Shown: positions 9,901-17,314 of the stretch, piece by piece
How positions within the stretch are numbered: position 1 is the stretch's first letter
Layout: each line of letters starts with the position of its first letter
Assembly: GCA_965224025.1 (NCBI GenBank)
Contig: OZ245033.1
Location: 3,136,001 to 3,200,000 of the forward strand
DNA length: 64,000 nt
Reading direction: 5' to 3'
Origin: Candidatus Multivorans sp.
GTDB taxonomy: Bacteria > Acidobacteriota > Thermoanaerobaculia > Multivoradales > Multivoraceae
Notes under the pieces: generated by a model
What the model saw: only the letters and a program-made list of their open reading frames with translations
Told to the model about the DNA's origin: nothing
Database searches by the model: none
Translations under genes and position numbers: made by a program

Positions 9901-10193
9901 TCGATGGAAGTACCTCGGCCAGTTCCGAAGACGCCGCCGTTCTGAAGCTTCGACGCCCAGCGGATGCCCAGACGCCCGGGCCGTCGCCGGATCCCCGTGT
10001 CGCCGACGCGCTGCTTGAGGCGAACGAGGTCCAGGATCTCGCCGACCGGCTTCCCGATCTTCTGAGCGCCAGCGCCGGGTGCGGCCTGAAGTTCCGCGTG
10101 AGAGTGGAACTTGGCGAGGATGCGCCGGCCGAAGCGCGTGACGAACTGAACGAGGTGCTCGGCGAGATATCGGACGATCTGAAGGCCGGGTAA
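6903..10193 (+). CDS. DUF499-domain AAA+ ATPase (BrxC/PglY-related)
   Basis: KPWHQVV...EFAADL, FFALTYPT, Walker A YGGGKTH, Walker B ILVDE, FPFHP, FQRTRG; TGATG coupling to the upstream gene. Confidence 0.88.
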   Translation: MARPRPKPWHQVVRLKDELRSGELSLAEFAADLHEVTLARGKRPVYEEADKFFALTYPTHALRDLARDVAARLAGRSDKAVRQLELTYGGGKTHTLITLYHLFRDPEGLPDVPAVSEFRQHAGHQLPRAHVAALCFDKIDVERGIEGVRSPEGDTRVLRHPWSVLAYQLAGDDGLRSIHGEGGAEERETPPAEPLLVKLLERPQERGLGTLILVDEVLMYAREKAGQDRVWRHRIIDFFQYLVQATTKVDRAVLVASLLATDPAKQQGAEGQRLIGDLFDVFRRQREEGVQPVGRKDVAEVLRRRFFEPEALRDTESWRSQAIGAVRELAGLDETTARSRKTEEDRFEGSFPFHPDLTDVFYSRWTQLPGFQRTRGILRILATALREAESWDGSPLVDSSALLTAQGTDGVSEAVRELAGVASSETGEGARTDWTTLLEAELDKARRIQAELPALAARREVEQAVLAVFLYSQPIGRKASTPELLRMVGAGGPDKIGIRKGLARWRELSWFLDDEDVGADVHGVGGGLPKSWRLGNRPNLRQMHDEACKERVSAQAVETRLEEAVRKARVLTDGARAAGAAVHMLPASPGDVGDDGAFRYVVVGPDATSESGKPSALAKRYLAETTGSARPRVHRNAVVLGVPSRDGLEAARGSIRALLGWEDVQGRLTGQTVDAIQAERLHRQLRDARARVPDAVRQAYCVVVTANTDGDPQAFKLPGAAGPLFTEIKSDERSRIRETPVDAEALLPDGPYDLWRQGEQARFVKDLAGAFARYPHLPKVLRPRIVRETVLQGVERGLLVARLERPDGSCRTWWREPVDSECVDDLALEVVLPGGAELRRLAPSLLEPGRLPGLWPDAGRGVDFTALLEYFGGDFTVTVPHEGYDDVVEIPGCSPAVVEEVVCQAVEQGFVWLRNGPTSVWKEEVPYGALDERAVLLRPLDELRPQELIEEALPGAWSDEQATGWGLSQALSQVRGAPVPWGLLREGIANAVRSRWLEVLDGSTSASSEDAAVLKLRRPADAQTPGPSPDPRVADALLEANEVQDLADRLPDLLSASAGCGLKFRVRVELGEDAPAEARDELNEVLGEISDDLKAG

Positions 10194-10325
10194 CTGCGCG
10201 CCGCCTACTTCGCTCGGAGCTCCGAGAGCCGCAGCATGCGTTCCTCCTCGGTTCGTGCCGAATCGAATGGCACGAGCCCGCTGCGCCGTCGTTCCCAGAG
10301 TCTACCGGTCGCGAAGGGCGGAGGC

Positions 10326-11564
10326 TCAGTTTGCGTCCCGCACCAGTCGCAGCATGGCGTCGCTGACGGCGTAGGAGAAACGCGGGTCGTTGATGTTCGC
10401 GTCGACCTCGGTGATCGGCACGGCCCGCCTCAGGTTGTTGCGCAGGGCGGTGAACAGGGCGTCGTCGGCGGCCGGGTCGTGGAACGGTCCGCCGGGAGCG
10501 GCGAGAGTGGAGACGCCGCCGAGCGGCAAGTAGACCTCGACCGGGCCGGTCGAGGCGTTGAGCTTGGAGGCGAGGACCTGACCGAGTTCGGCGCACTCCC
10601 TGGGCGAGGTGCGCATCAGGGTCATGTTGTCGCTCTGGCGGTGGAAGGTGCGGCCCTCGAACTCGGCAGGGACGGTGTCCCGGCCGAAGAAGCTCACCAT
10701 GTCCAGGCAGCCGGGCACGACGACGGCGGGTGTGCCGCTCTTGGCCGCGGCTTCCAGGCGGGACGGGCCCGCGGTACGCACGCCGCCGACCAGTTCATCC
10801 GCGCACTCCGTGGTGGTCAGGTCCAGTACGCCGCGCAAGAAACCGGCCTCGATCAGGCTCTCCATCGTGCGGCCGCCGGCGCCGGTGGCGTGGAAGACGA
10901 GGACCTCGAGCCCCTCGGTCTCGAGCTGGCGCCGGCAGGCGTCCACGCAGGGGGTGGCGCTGTGAAACGTGGAGGCCGCGATCAGAGGACGGTCGTCGCC
11001 GGCCTCGATCTCGACCCGGGCCATGGCGCAGACCGCGGCGGCGGTGCGGCTCAGGATCTGGCGGCTGATGCGGTTGATGCCGTCGAGGTCGACGATCGAG
11101 GGCACCATGACGATGTCCTTGACGCCGACGTAGCCTGAGGCGTCCCCACCGGCCATGGTGGACACCATGACCTTGGGTAGGCCCAGGGGAAGCACGCGCA
11201 TCGCGGTCGTCGCCATCGCGGTGCCGGCGCGGCCGCCCAGGCCCACGATCGCGTTGAAGCTGCCGTGACCGTAGCTGCGGCGAACGACCTCTTCGGCGCC
11301 GGCGGACATCGCAGCGATCGCCCGCCTGCGGTCGGCGGCCTGGGCCAGTTGCTCGATCTTCTCGCCACCGGCATTGGCGACCTCGCGGCGGCTCACGTCG
11401 GGGAGCCAGCTTCCGTCGAGTACAGGCTCGCCGAGCACGCCGAGGTCGATGACGAACGCGCGGCAGTCCCAGTCGCGGACGATGCGATCTACGAGATAGG
11501 AAACCTCGCCGCCCTTCGTGTCGAGGGTGGCCAGGACCGCGATCGTGCATGGTGCGTGGGGCAC
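10326..11564 (-). CDS. Tm-1-like ATP-binding domain protein (UPF0261)
   Basis: TLDTKG.E, LPLGLPKVMVST, VDLDGIN, VFHATGAGGRTME, PGCLDMV. Confidence 0.9.
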   Translation of the reverse strand: MPHAPCTIAVLATLDTKGGEVSYLVDRIVRDWDCRAFVIDLGVLGEPVLDGSWLPDVSRREVANAGGEKIEQLAQAADRRRAIAAMSAGAEEVVRRSYGHGSFNAIVGLGGRAGTAMATTAMRVLPLGLPKVMVSTMAGGDASGYVGVKDIVMVPSIVDLDGINRISRQILSRTAAAVCAMARVEIEAGDDRPLIAASTFHSATPCVDACRRQLETEGLEVLVFHATGAGGRTMESLIEAGFLRGVLDLTTTECADELVGGVRTAGPSRLEAAAKSGTPAVVVPGCLDMVSFFGRDTVPAEFEGRTFHRQSDNMTLMRTSPRECAELGQVLASKLNASTGPVEVYLPLGGVSTLAAPGGPFHDPAADDALFTALRNNLRRAVPITEVDANINDPRFSYAVSDAMLRLVRDAN

Positions 11565-11590
11565 AGCCCTGTCATCCTACGGAGGAGTGG

Positions 11591-11660
11591 CGCCCGAAGA
11601 CAAGATCTTCGGGATCGCCCGAAGCCTGGATCTTCGGGATGAAGCCAGGATCTTCGGGAT
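11591..11660. repeat. Tandem 25/25/20-bp repeat; units 1 and 2 carry an internal palindrome (CCCGAAG...CTTCGGG)
   Basis: cgcccgaagacaagatcttcgggat / cgcccgaagcctggatcttcgggat / gaagccaggatcttcgggat, in a divergent intergenic region. Confidence 0.8.
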
Positions 11661-11755
11661 AGTAGGATCGGGGGGATGCCGCGCACCTACCGGGACGAAG
11701 GCCGCCGCATCAAGGGCTACGACGATCGGCGACCTTTCCGCCCATCCAGCAGTCG

Positions 11756-14683
11756 ATGAACAACGCCGTCTCCCAGACTCTCGGTCTGACCCTTGCTCTG
11801 GGTCTTGTCGCCGGTGCGAACGCGCAGGAGCTGATGCCGGATCACGACGCGTCGCGCCGGGAGCGGCTCGACTACACGGGCGGGCGCTTGCGCACCGCGG
11901 ACGGATTCCAGGTCGAGTCGGCTGCCACGCCGGGGCTGTTCGGCTCGGTCGTCAACATGACCTTCGACGCCGCCGGCCGACCGCTGCTGGCGCTTGAGGG
12001 CGACGGTCTGGCGGTGCTCGAGGACGGTGACGGCAACGGCGTCTACGACCGCCGGATCGACTTCGCGCCCCAGGTCGAAACGGCGCACGGGCTCTACGTG
12101 ATGGGTCCGGGCGACCTGCTGGTCCACGCCAACGGCGACGGGCGGCTGGCCGAAGCGGCCGGCGTCGAGGGCGAAGTGCGCTCGAGCGGCGCCGTCGAGG
12201 ACACCGGGCTCTACCGGCTGCGGGATACCGACGGCGACGACCGGGTCGACAAGATCGAACGGATCGCCCGCGCGACGGGCCGGATCCAGGAGCACGGCCC
12301 GCACACGATCGCGCGCGGTCCCGACGGAGCGCTCTACCTGCTGTACGGGAACTACTCCGGCCCCGATGTGCGTTTGGCGGCGTCGTCGGCGCTGCGAGAA
12401 CTCCAGGAGGACCAGCTCCTGCCGCGCATCCTCGATCCGCGGGGCCACGCCAACAGCCTGCGCGCGCCGGGCGGCACGCTCTACCGGGTCGACCTGGAGA
12501 CGAACGCCTGGGAACGGCTGTCCGGCGGGTTGCGCAACCCGTTCGATCTGGCGATCGGGGCGGCCGGCGAGGTGTTCGCCTACGAGGCCGACATGGAGTG
12601 GGACCGCGGCCTGCCCTGGTTCCGCCCGACCCGCGTCGTTCACCTGATTCCGGCCGGGGACTACGGCTGGCGCACGGGCGCCGGGAAGTTCGCCTTCTAC
12701 GAGATCGACACCCTGCCCGGGGTCGTCGACATCGGCCGCGGATCGCCGGTCGGCGTCGCCTTCTACTACCACCACGCCTATCCCGAGCGGTACCAAGGCG
12801 CCTACTTCATGGGCGACTGGTCGCGGGGCCGGATCCGGGTTCTGTTCCCCGAGCGATCCGGGGCCACCTGGACGGGCAAAGCGCACGACTTCGTGCTCGG
12901 CGAGCCCCTCAACGTAACCGACATGGATGTCGGACCGGATGGCTGGCTCTACTTCGCCACCGGCGGCCGGGGGACGTCGGGCGGGTTGTATCGCGTGACC
13001 TACGAGCAGCCGGGCCCGCCTCCCGAGGCGACCGGCGCACCGCGGGCCGTGCGGCAGCCGATGCCGCGATCCGGCTGGGGCAGGGAGGCGATCGTCGCCG
13101 CACGGGCCGAGGCGGACGATGCCTGGGCGCCGGAGCTGTGGCGGATCGTCCGTGATCCGGACAGCGAAGCGCTCGACCGCCAGCGCGCGCTCGAACTGCT
13201 CCAGGTCCATGGTCCGAAGCCGACCCTGGAGGAGGCATCCGCCTTGCTTTCGAGCGACGAGCCCATGGTGCGCGCGGCGGCGGCTGCGCTCCTCGGCGCC
13301 CACGCGTTCGCGCAGGTGCAGGAGCCGCTTCGCGCAGCACTCGCGGATCCCGACCCCCTGGTGGCGCGCCGTGCGGCCGAGTCGCTGGTCCGGTCGGGGC
13401 TTCATCCGCGTACCCGACGGCTTGAGGTCGCGACCGCCGAGGCGTTGTACGAACTGCTCGATCACGAGGACCGGTTCCTGCGCTACGCCGCGCGCGAGGC
13501 GATCCTGCGCATTGCCCACGGCTACTGGGTCGATGCGGCGATCATGGCCGCACCGGCGCAACGTCCCCGGGGCGTCTTTGAAGCCCTGCTGGCGGTGATC
13601 TACCGCCAGGAACACAAGCTGGAGTACAACTTCCTCGCCGGGAAGCTGTTCCAGTTGGCGCAGGCCGATCTGGACATCGAGGGAGAGCTCGACTTCCTGC
13701 GCATGCTGGAGCTTGCCTTCGTCCGCGACGAGGATCCGGATGCGCCAGGGCGCGCCGACGCACGATCCGGATTGGGCCCCATGCTGCTCGGCCGCTATCC
13801 GCACGCCGATTCGCGGGCAAACCGCCAGCTCGAACGGCTGCTGGCATTCCTGCAGCCGGACGGAGCGCTGGCGAAAATGGCGGGTCAACTCAGATCGGGT
13901 CGCCCGCCGGAGGAGCAAATCCACACCGCCTACTGCCTGCGCGCGATGGACCGGGGCTGGACGCCGGAATTGCGCAACCGGGTCGTGGCCTGGTTCGACG
14001 ACGCCCGCGAGTTCCGCGGCGCCGCCAGCATGGAGGGGTACATCGACGCGATCTGGAACGATGTGCTGGCGCGGTTCCCCGCCGATGAGCGGAGCGCCGC
14101 CGAGGAACGGCTGGAGATGCAGCGTGCCGAGCGCGCCGAGCGCGCCGCCGAACTGATCACGGATGTCGAGGGCGACCGGCCGGGCAGGAGCGACCTCGCC
14201 CAGATGAGCTTCGAGGAACTGGCCGAGTACCTGGAGTACGACGTGATGGCCTACGAACGGTACAGCCCGGAGCAGGGCGAGCGGGTCTTCCACCGCGCCC
14301 GTTGCTCCGCCTGCCACGTGTTTGGGAACATCGGCCGCGGCGGCGGCCCGGATCTCTCTACGGTCGTCAAGCGCTTCCGCCGCCGCGAGGTGCTGGAGTC
14401 GATCATGTTCCCCTCGCGGGTCGTCTCGGACCAGTACCAGGCGGTCGATGTCGAACTCGACGACGGCAGTCTCCACAGCGGCATGGTGGTCGAGGACGCG
14501 GAGGCGCGGTTGACCCTGATCGACGCCGGCGGCAACCGGCTCGACCTGGACCGCTCGCGCATTCGCACCCAGGCGCCGTCGGCGCTCTCGATCATGCCCG
14601 AGGGCCTGCTCGACGCGATGACCCTGAGCGATCTGACCAGCCTGATCCGTTTTCTGGACGAGGGTGCGGAGCAGCAGCAGTAG
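11756..14683 (+). CDS. Secreted PVC-type haem-binding protein (beta-propeller dehydrogenase + HEAT repeats + cytochrome c)
   Basis: Signal peptide; EHGPH, GLRNPFD, DYGWR; HEAT-like repeats; CSACH followed by GPDLS. Confidence 0.85.
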   Translation: MNNAVSQTLGLTLALGLVAGANAQELMPDHDASRRERLDYTGGRLRTADGFQVESAATPGLFGSVVNMTFDAAGRPLLALEGDGLAVLEDGDGNGVYDRRIDFAPQVETAHGLYVMGPGDLLVHANGDGRLAEAAGVEGEVRSSGAVEDTGLYRLRDTDGDDRVDKIERIARATGRIQEHGPHTIARGPDGALYLLYGNYSGPDVRLAASSALRELQEDQLLPRILDPRGHANSLRAPGGTLYRVDLETNAWERLSGGLRNPFDLAIGAAGEVFAYEADMEWDRGLPWFRPTRVVHLIPAGDYGWRTGAGKFAFYEIDTLPGVVDIGRGSPVGVAFYYHHAYPERYQGAYFMGDWSRGRIRVLFPERSGATWTGKAHDFVLGEPLNVTDMDVGPDGWLYFATGGRGTSGGLYRVTYEQPGPPPEATGAPRAVRQPMPRSGWGREAIVAARAEADDAWAPELWRIVRDPDSEALDRQRALELLQVHGPKPTLEEASALLSSDEPMVRAAAAALLGAHAFAQVQEPLRAALADPDPLVARRAAESLVRSGLHPRTRRLEVATAEALYELLDHEDRFLRYAAREAILRIAHGYWVDAAIMAAPAQRPRGVFEALLAVIYRQEHKLEYNFLAGKLFQLAQADLDIEGELDFLRMLELAFVRDEDPDAPGRADARSGLGPMLLGRYPHADSRANRQLERLLAFLQPDGALAKMAGQLRSGRPPEEQIHTAYCLRAMDRGWTPELRNRVVAWFDDAREFRGAASMEGYIDAIWNDVLARFPADERSAAEERLEMQRAERAERAAELITDVEGDRPGRSDLAQMSFEELAEYLEYDVMAYERYSPEQGERVFHRARCSACHVFGNIGRGGGPDLSTVVKRFRRREVLESIMFPSRVVSDQYQAVDVELDDGSLHSGMVVEDAEARLTLIDAGGNRLDLDRSRIRTQAPSALSIMPEGLLDAMTLSDLTSLIRFLDEGAEQQQ

Positions 14684-14689
14684 GGCGGG

Positions 14690-14716
14690 CCTGGGAACGC
14701 GCGCATCTCGCCCGCA
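14690..14716 (+). repeat. REP-like palindromic element, copy 1 (degenerate)
   Basis: cctgggaacgcgcgcatctcgcccgca, matching the copies at 44665, 54753 and 58347. Confidence 0.7.
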
Positions 14717-14809
14717 TTCGGCGCGTAGCGCCGATGACTCGGCGACGGCACAGTGGTTGGTACAGTTTGCCGCTTCCTCCGTCCCGGATCCTACCCGTCG
14801 ACCTCGCCC

Positions 14810-15265
14810 ATGCCTTCCAAGCCACGAACGAGGTCTCGGCGCTCGCGTCATCCGGTGTGCCGGGGCGTCCGGGGTGCGACGACGGTTGAGGGTTCGACCC
14901 GGGAGGAGATCCTGACCGCAACGGCGGAGCTGCTCCAGCGGATGGTGCAGGCCAACGGCATCGCCCCGAATGACGTCGCGAGCGCGATCTTCACCACCTC
15001 GCCCGACCTGACCGCGGAGTACCCGGCCCTCGCGGCGCGGCTGATGGGGTGGCGCGACGCGGCCCTGCTGTGCGGGCACGAGATGGCCGTCCCGGGCGGC
15101 TTGGAACGTTGCGTGCGCATCCTGCTGCACTGGAACACGACCGTGCCCGCCGACGAGATCGAACACGTCTACATCCACGGCGCCGCCAACCTGCGCCCCG
15201 ACCGCAGCGAACTCGAAGAACTGCGCCGGCAGGTCGACATCGGGACCGACCGGCGTTTGAGCTGA
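14810..15265 (+). CDS. aroH: Chorismate mutase, AroH class
   Basis: CRGVRGATTV, FTTSPDL..YPA.AAR, EM.VPGGL.RCVRIL.H, HVY..GA..LRPD. Start uncertain. Confidence 0.92.
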   Translation: MPSKPRTRSRRSRHPVCRGVRGATTVEGSTREEILTATAELLQRMVQANGIAPNDVASAIFTTSPDLTAEYPALAARLMGWRDAALLCGHEMAVPGGLERCVRILLHWNTTVPADEIEHVYIHGAANLRPDRSELEELRRQVDIGTDRRLS

Positions 15266-15470
15266 TCAGTCGAGCCGGCGGAGGGTCAGCAGGCGGAAGT
15301 CCATTGCCTGCTCGACGGAATCTCAAGCGCATGGCTCGTTTCTATCGCGATCGGATCCTTCGCATCCGGCAGGGCCGGCGCAAAGCGCGATAAACGTGAC
15401 TAGAATGGTCACCTTTTCGACGCTTCCCAGTAGCTCCAGATAACACATGACCCGATAGACCGGAGGAACC

Positions 15471-16127
15471 ATGACGCTCAGAATCAACCACGAGGCCCCC
15501 AACTTCACCGCCCAGACCACGGAGGGGGAGATCGACTTCCACGAGTGGATCGGCGACGGATGGTGCGTCCTGTTCTCCCATCCCAAGGACTTCACGCCGG
15601 TGTGCACGACCGAGTTGGGCGCCGTGGCCGGTCTCAAGGGCGAATTCGACCGGCGCAACTGCAAGGTGATCGGCATCAGCGTCGACGGCGTTTCGGACCA
15701 CGAGGCATGGTCGAAGGACATCGAGGCGTCCCAGGGCCACGCCGTGAACTACCCGCTGATCGGCGATCCGTCGCTCGACATCGTCAAGCGCTACGACATG
15801 CTGCCCGCCGACGCCGGCGACACCTCCGAAGGACGCACGCCGATGGACAACGCCACGGCACGTTCGGTCTTCATCATCGGCCCCGACAAGCGGATCAAGG
15901 CGACGCTGACCTACCCGATGAGCACCGGCCGCAACTTCGCCGAGATCCTGCGCTTGGTCGACTCCGTGCAGTTGACCGCGAAGGAGCAGGTGGCGACGCC
16001 GGCGAACTGGGAGCAGGGCGACGACGTGGTCATCCTGCCGGCGGTGTCGGACGAGGCCGCCAAGGCCAAGTACCCGCAGGGCTGGCAGCAGCCCCTGCCG
16101 TACATCCGGGTCGTGCCGCAGCCGTAG
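15471..16127 (+). CDS. 1-Cys peroxiredoxin (Prx6)
   Basis: FSHPKDFTPVCTTE, YPMSTGRNF; GGAGG RBS. Confidence 0.95.
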   Translation: MTLRINHEAPNFTAQTTEGEIDFHEWIGDGWCVLFSHPKDFTPVCTTELGAVAGLKGEFDRRNCKVIGISVDGVSDHEAWSKDIEASQGHAVNYPLIGDPSLDIVKRYDMLPADAGDTSEGRTPMDNATARSVFIIGPDKRIKATLTYPMSTGRNFAEILRLVDSVQLTAKEQVATPANWEQGDDVVILPAVSDEAAKAKYPQGWQQPLPYIRVVPQP

Positions 16128-16148
16128 CGCCGCGGAGTCCCTGCCCGG

Positions 16149-16538
16149 CTATTCCGGGGAGTCGAACCGGGCGCCGCCCCGGCAGTCCGGGGACAGGCTG
16201 CGGCTCTCGCCGCGCGCCTTCCACTCGTTGGGGGTCCAGGCGTCGATGGCCAGGGCGTGGACCGGCCCCGCCAACTCATCGGCCAAGGCGCTGTGAACGA
16301 CGCGGTGTCTGCGGAGCCGGGTTGCGCCCTCGAAATGGCTGCTGACCAAGACGACCCGGAAGTGGGTCTCGGCCTTGGGCGGTACGTTGTGCATCCGGCT
16401 CTCGTTGAGAACCTCCAGCACTTCGGCGCCGGTCGCCGCTTCGAGCTTGGCGCGGATCGTCCGCTCCAGGGGAGTTCCCTGGACAACCGCCTTCCCGGAG
16501 GCGTTGTTGGTGGCGAGGGGACGGCCGATGCCGGTCAT
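16149..16538 (-). CDS. bolA: BolA-family protein
   Basis: NESRMHNV...ETHF..VLVS..FEG...RHR.V...GPVHALAI...SPDCRGG; TATGCT 6 nt before ATG 16538. Confidence 0.88.
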   Translation of the reverse strand: MTGIGRPLATNNASGKAVVQGTPLERTIRAKLEAATGAEVLEVLNESRMHNVPPKAETHFRVVLVSSHFEGATRLRRHRVVHSALADELAGPVHALAIDAWTPNEWKARGESRSLSPDCRGGARFDSPE

Positions 16539-16591
16539 GGGCGAAGCATAGCGCTGACGTCCTTGTTGGTGCGTGCTACGGTCTTCTCCCG

Positions 16592-17314
16592 ATGGCCGCC
16601 GAGCGTCGTTCACCGTGGGTCTATGTGCTCCTGGGCTGTCTGGGCGTGCTGGTTCTGGGAGCCCTGGTCGTCGGCGGCCTGGTGTTCTTCGGCGTTCGCA
16701 CCGCCCGGAACATGACCGCCGACAACGAGGATCCCGAGCGGCGCCGCGAACGGGCTCTCGAGATTCTCGGCGCCGACGAGGCGCCGGGCGGGTACCACGC
16801 GGTGGCTGTGATCTCCGTTCCCTTCGTGCTCGACATGGCCGTCCTCTCGGACCTGGCTCCGGGCGCGGAACCCTGGGCGGGCGAGTTTGGGGAACGGGGC
16901 TTCTACTACATCCAGACCCGGTGGGGAGGCGATGACCTGAGGGCGTTCTTCGACGGGGAGACGTCGGAGGCGCTGGCCCTGCGGAACATGGGGCTGGAGA
17001 TCGATCTCGAGGAGAACCTCAGCCGCGGCGATCTGAACCGGGAGGATGTCTCCGCGCGGTGGGCTACTTTCCGCGGGAGCACGATGTTCGGTCCGGGGGA
17101 ACAGATCGGAGAACTCGTGACGTTGATTGAGTTCGACTGCCCGCAGGACGAGAGGATGCGTATGGGCGTCCGGTTCGGGCCTGCGGAGGAGAGTCGGAGG
17201 GCGGAGGCAATCGAGGACGACGACGCGGCCGATACGACTCCAGGGAGTGAAGCGCTTGCCGCCTTCCTCCAGCCGATCCGCCCCTGCGGCCTTGCGGCAG
17301 CCAATGGTGGCTGA
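16592..17314 (+). CDS. Hypothetical single-pass membrane protein
   Basis: N-terminal hydrophobic helix (WVYVLLGCLGVLVLGALVVGGLVFFG) and coding-like codon usage. Confidence 0.7.
   Translation: MAAERRSPWVYVLLGCLGVLVLGALVVGGLVFFGVRTARNMTADNEDPERRRERALEILGADEAPGGYHAVAVISVPFVLDMAVLSDLAPGAEPWAGEFGERGFYYIQTRWGGDDLRAFFDGETSEALALRNMGLEIDLEENLSRGDLNREDVSARWATFRGSTMFGPGEQIGELVTLIEFDCPQDERMRMGVRFGPAEESRRAEAIEDDDAADTTPGSEALAAFLQPIRPCGLAAANGG

Noticed and set aside
11591-11660. Mini-CRISPR
   Set aside because: The units are adjacent with no unique spacers, and there are no cas genes.
11717-15178. Very long antisense ORFs (also 6756-8468, 21735-23561, 30169-31911, 34893-37151, 43014-44819)
   Set aside because: They shadow well-supported genes on the opposite strand, a typical high-GC codon-bias artefact, and have no recognisable motifs.
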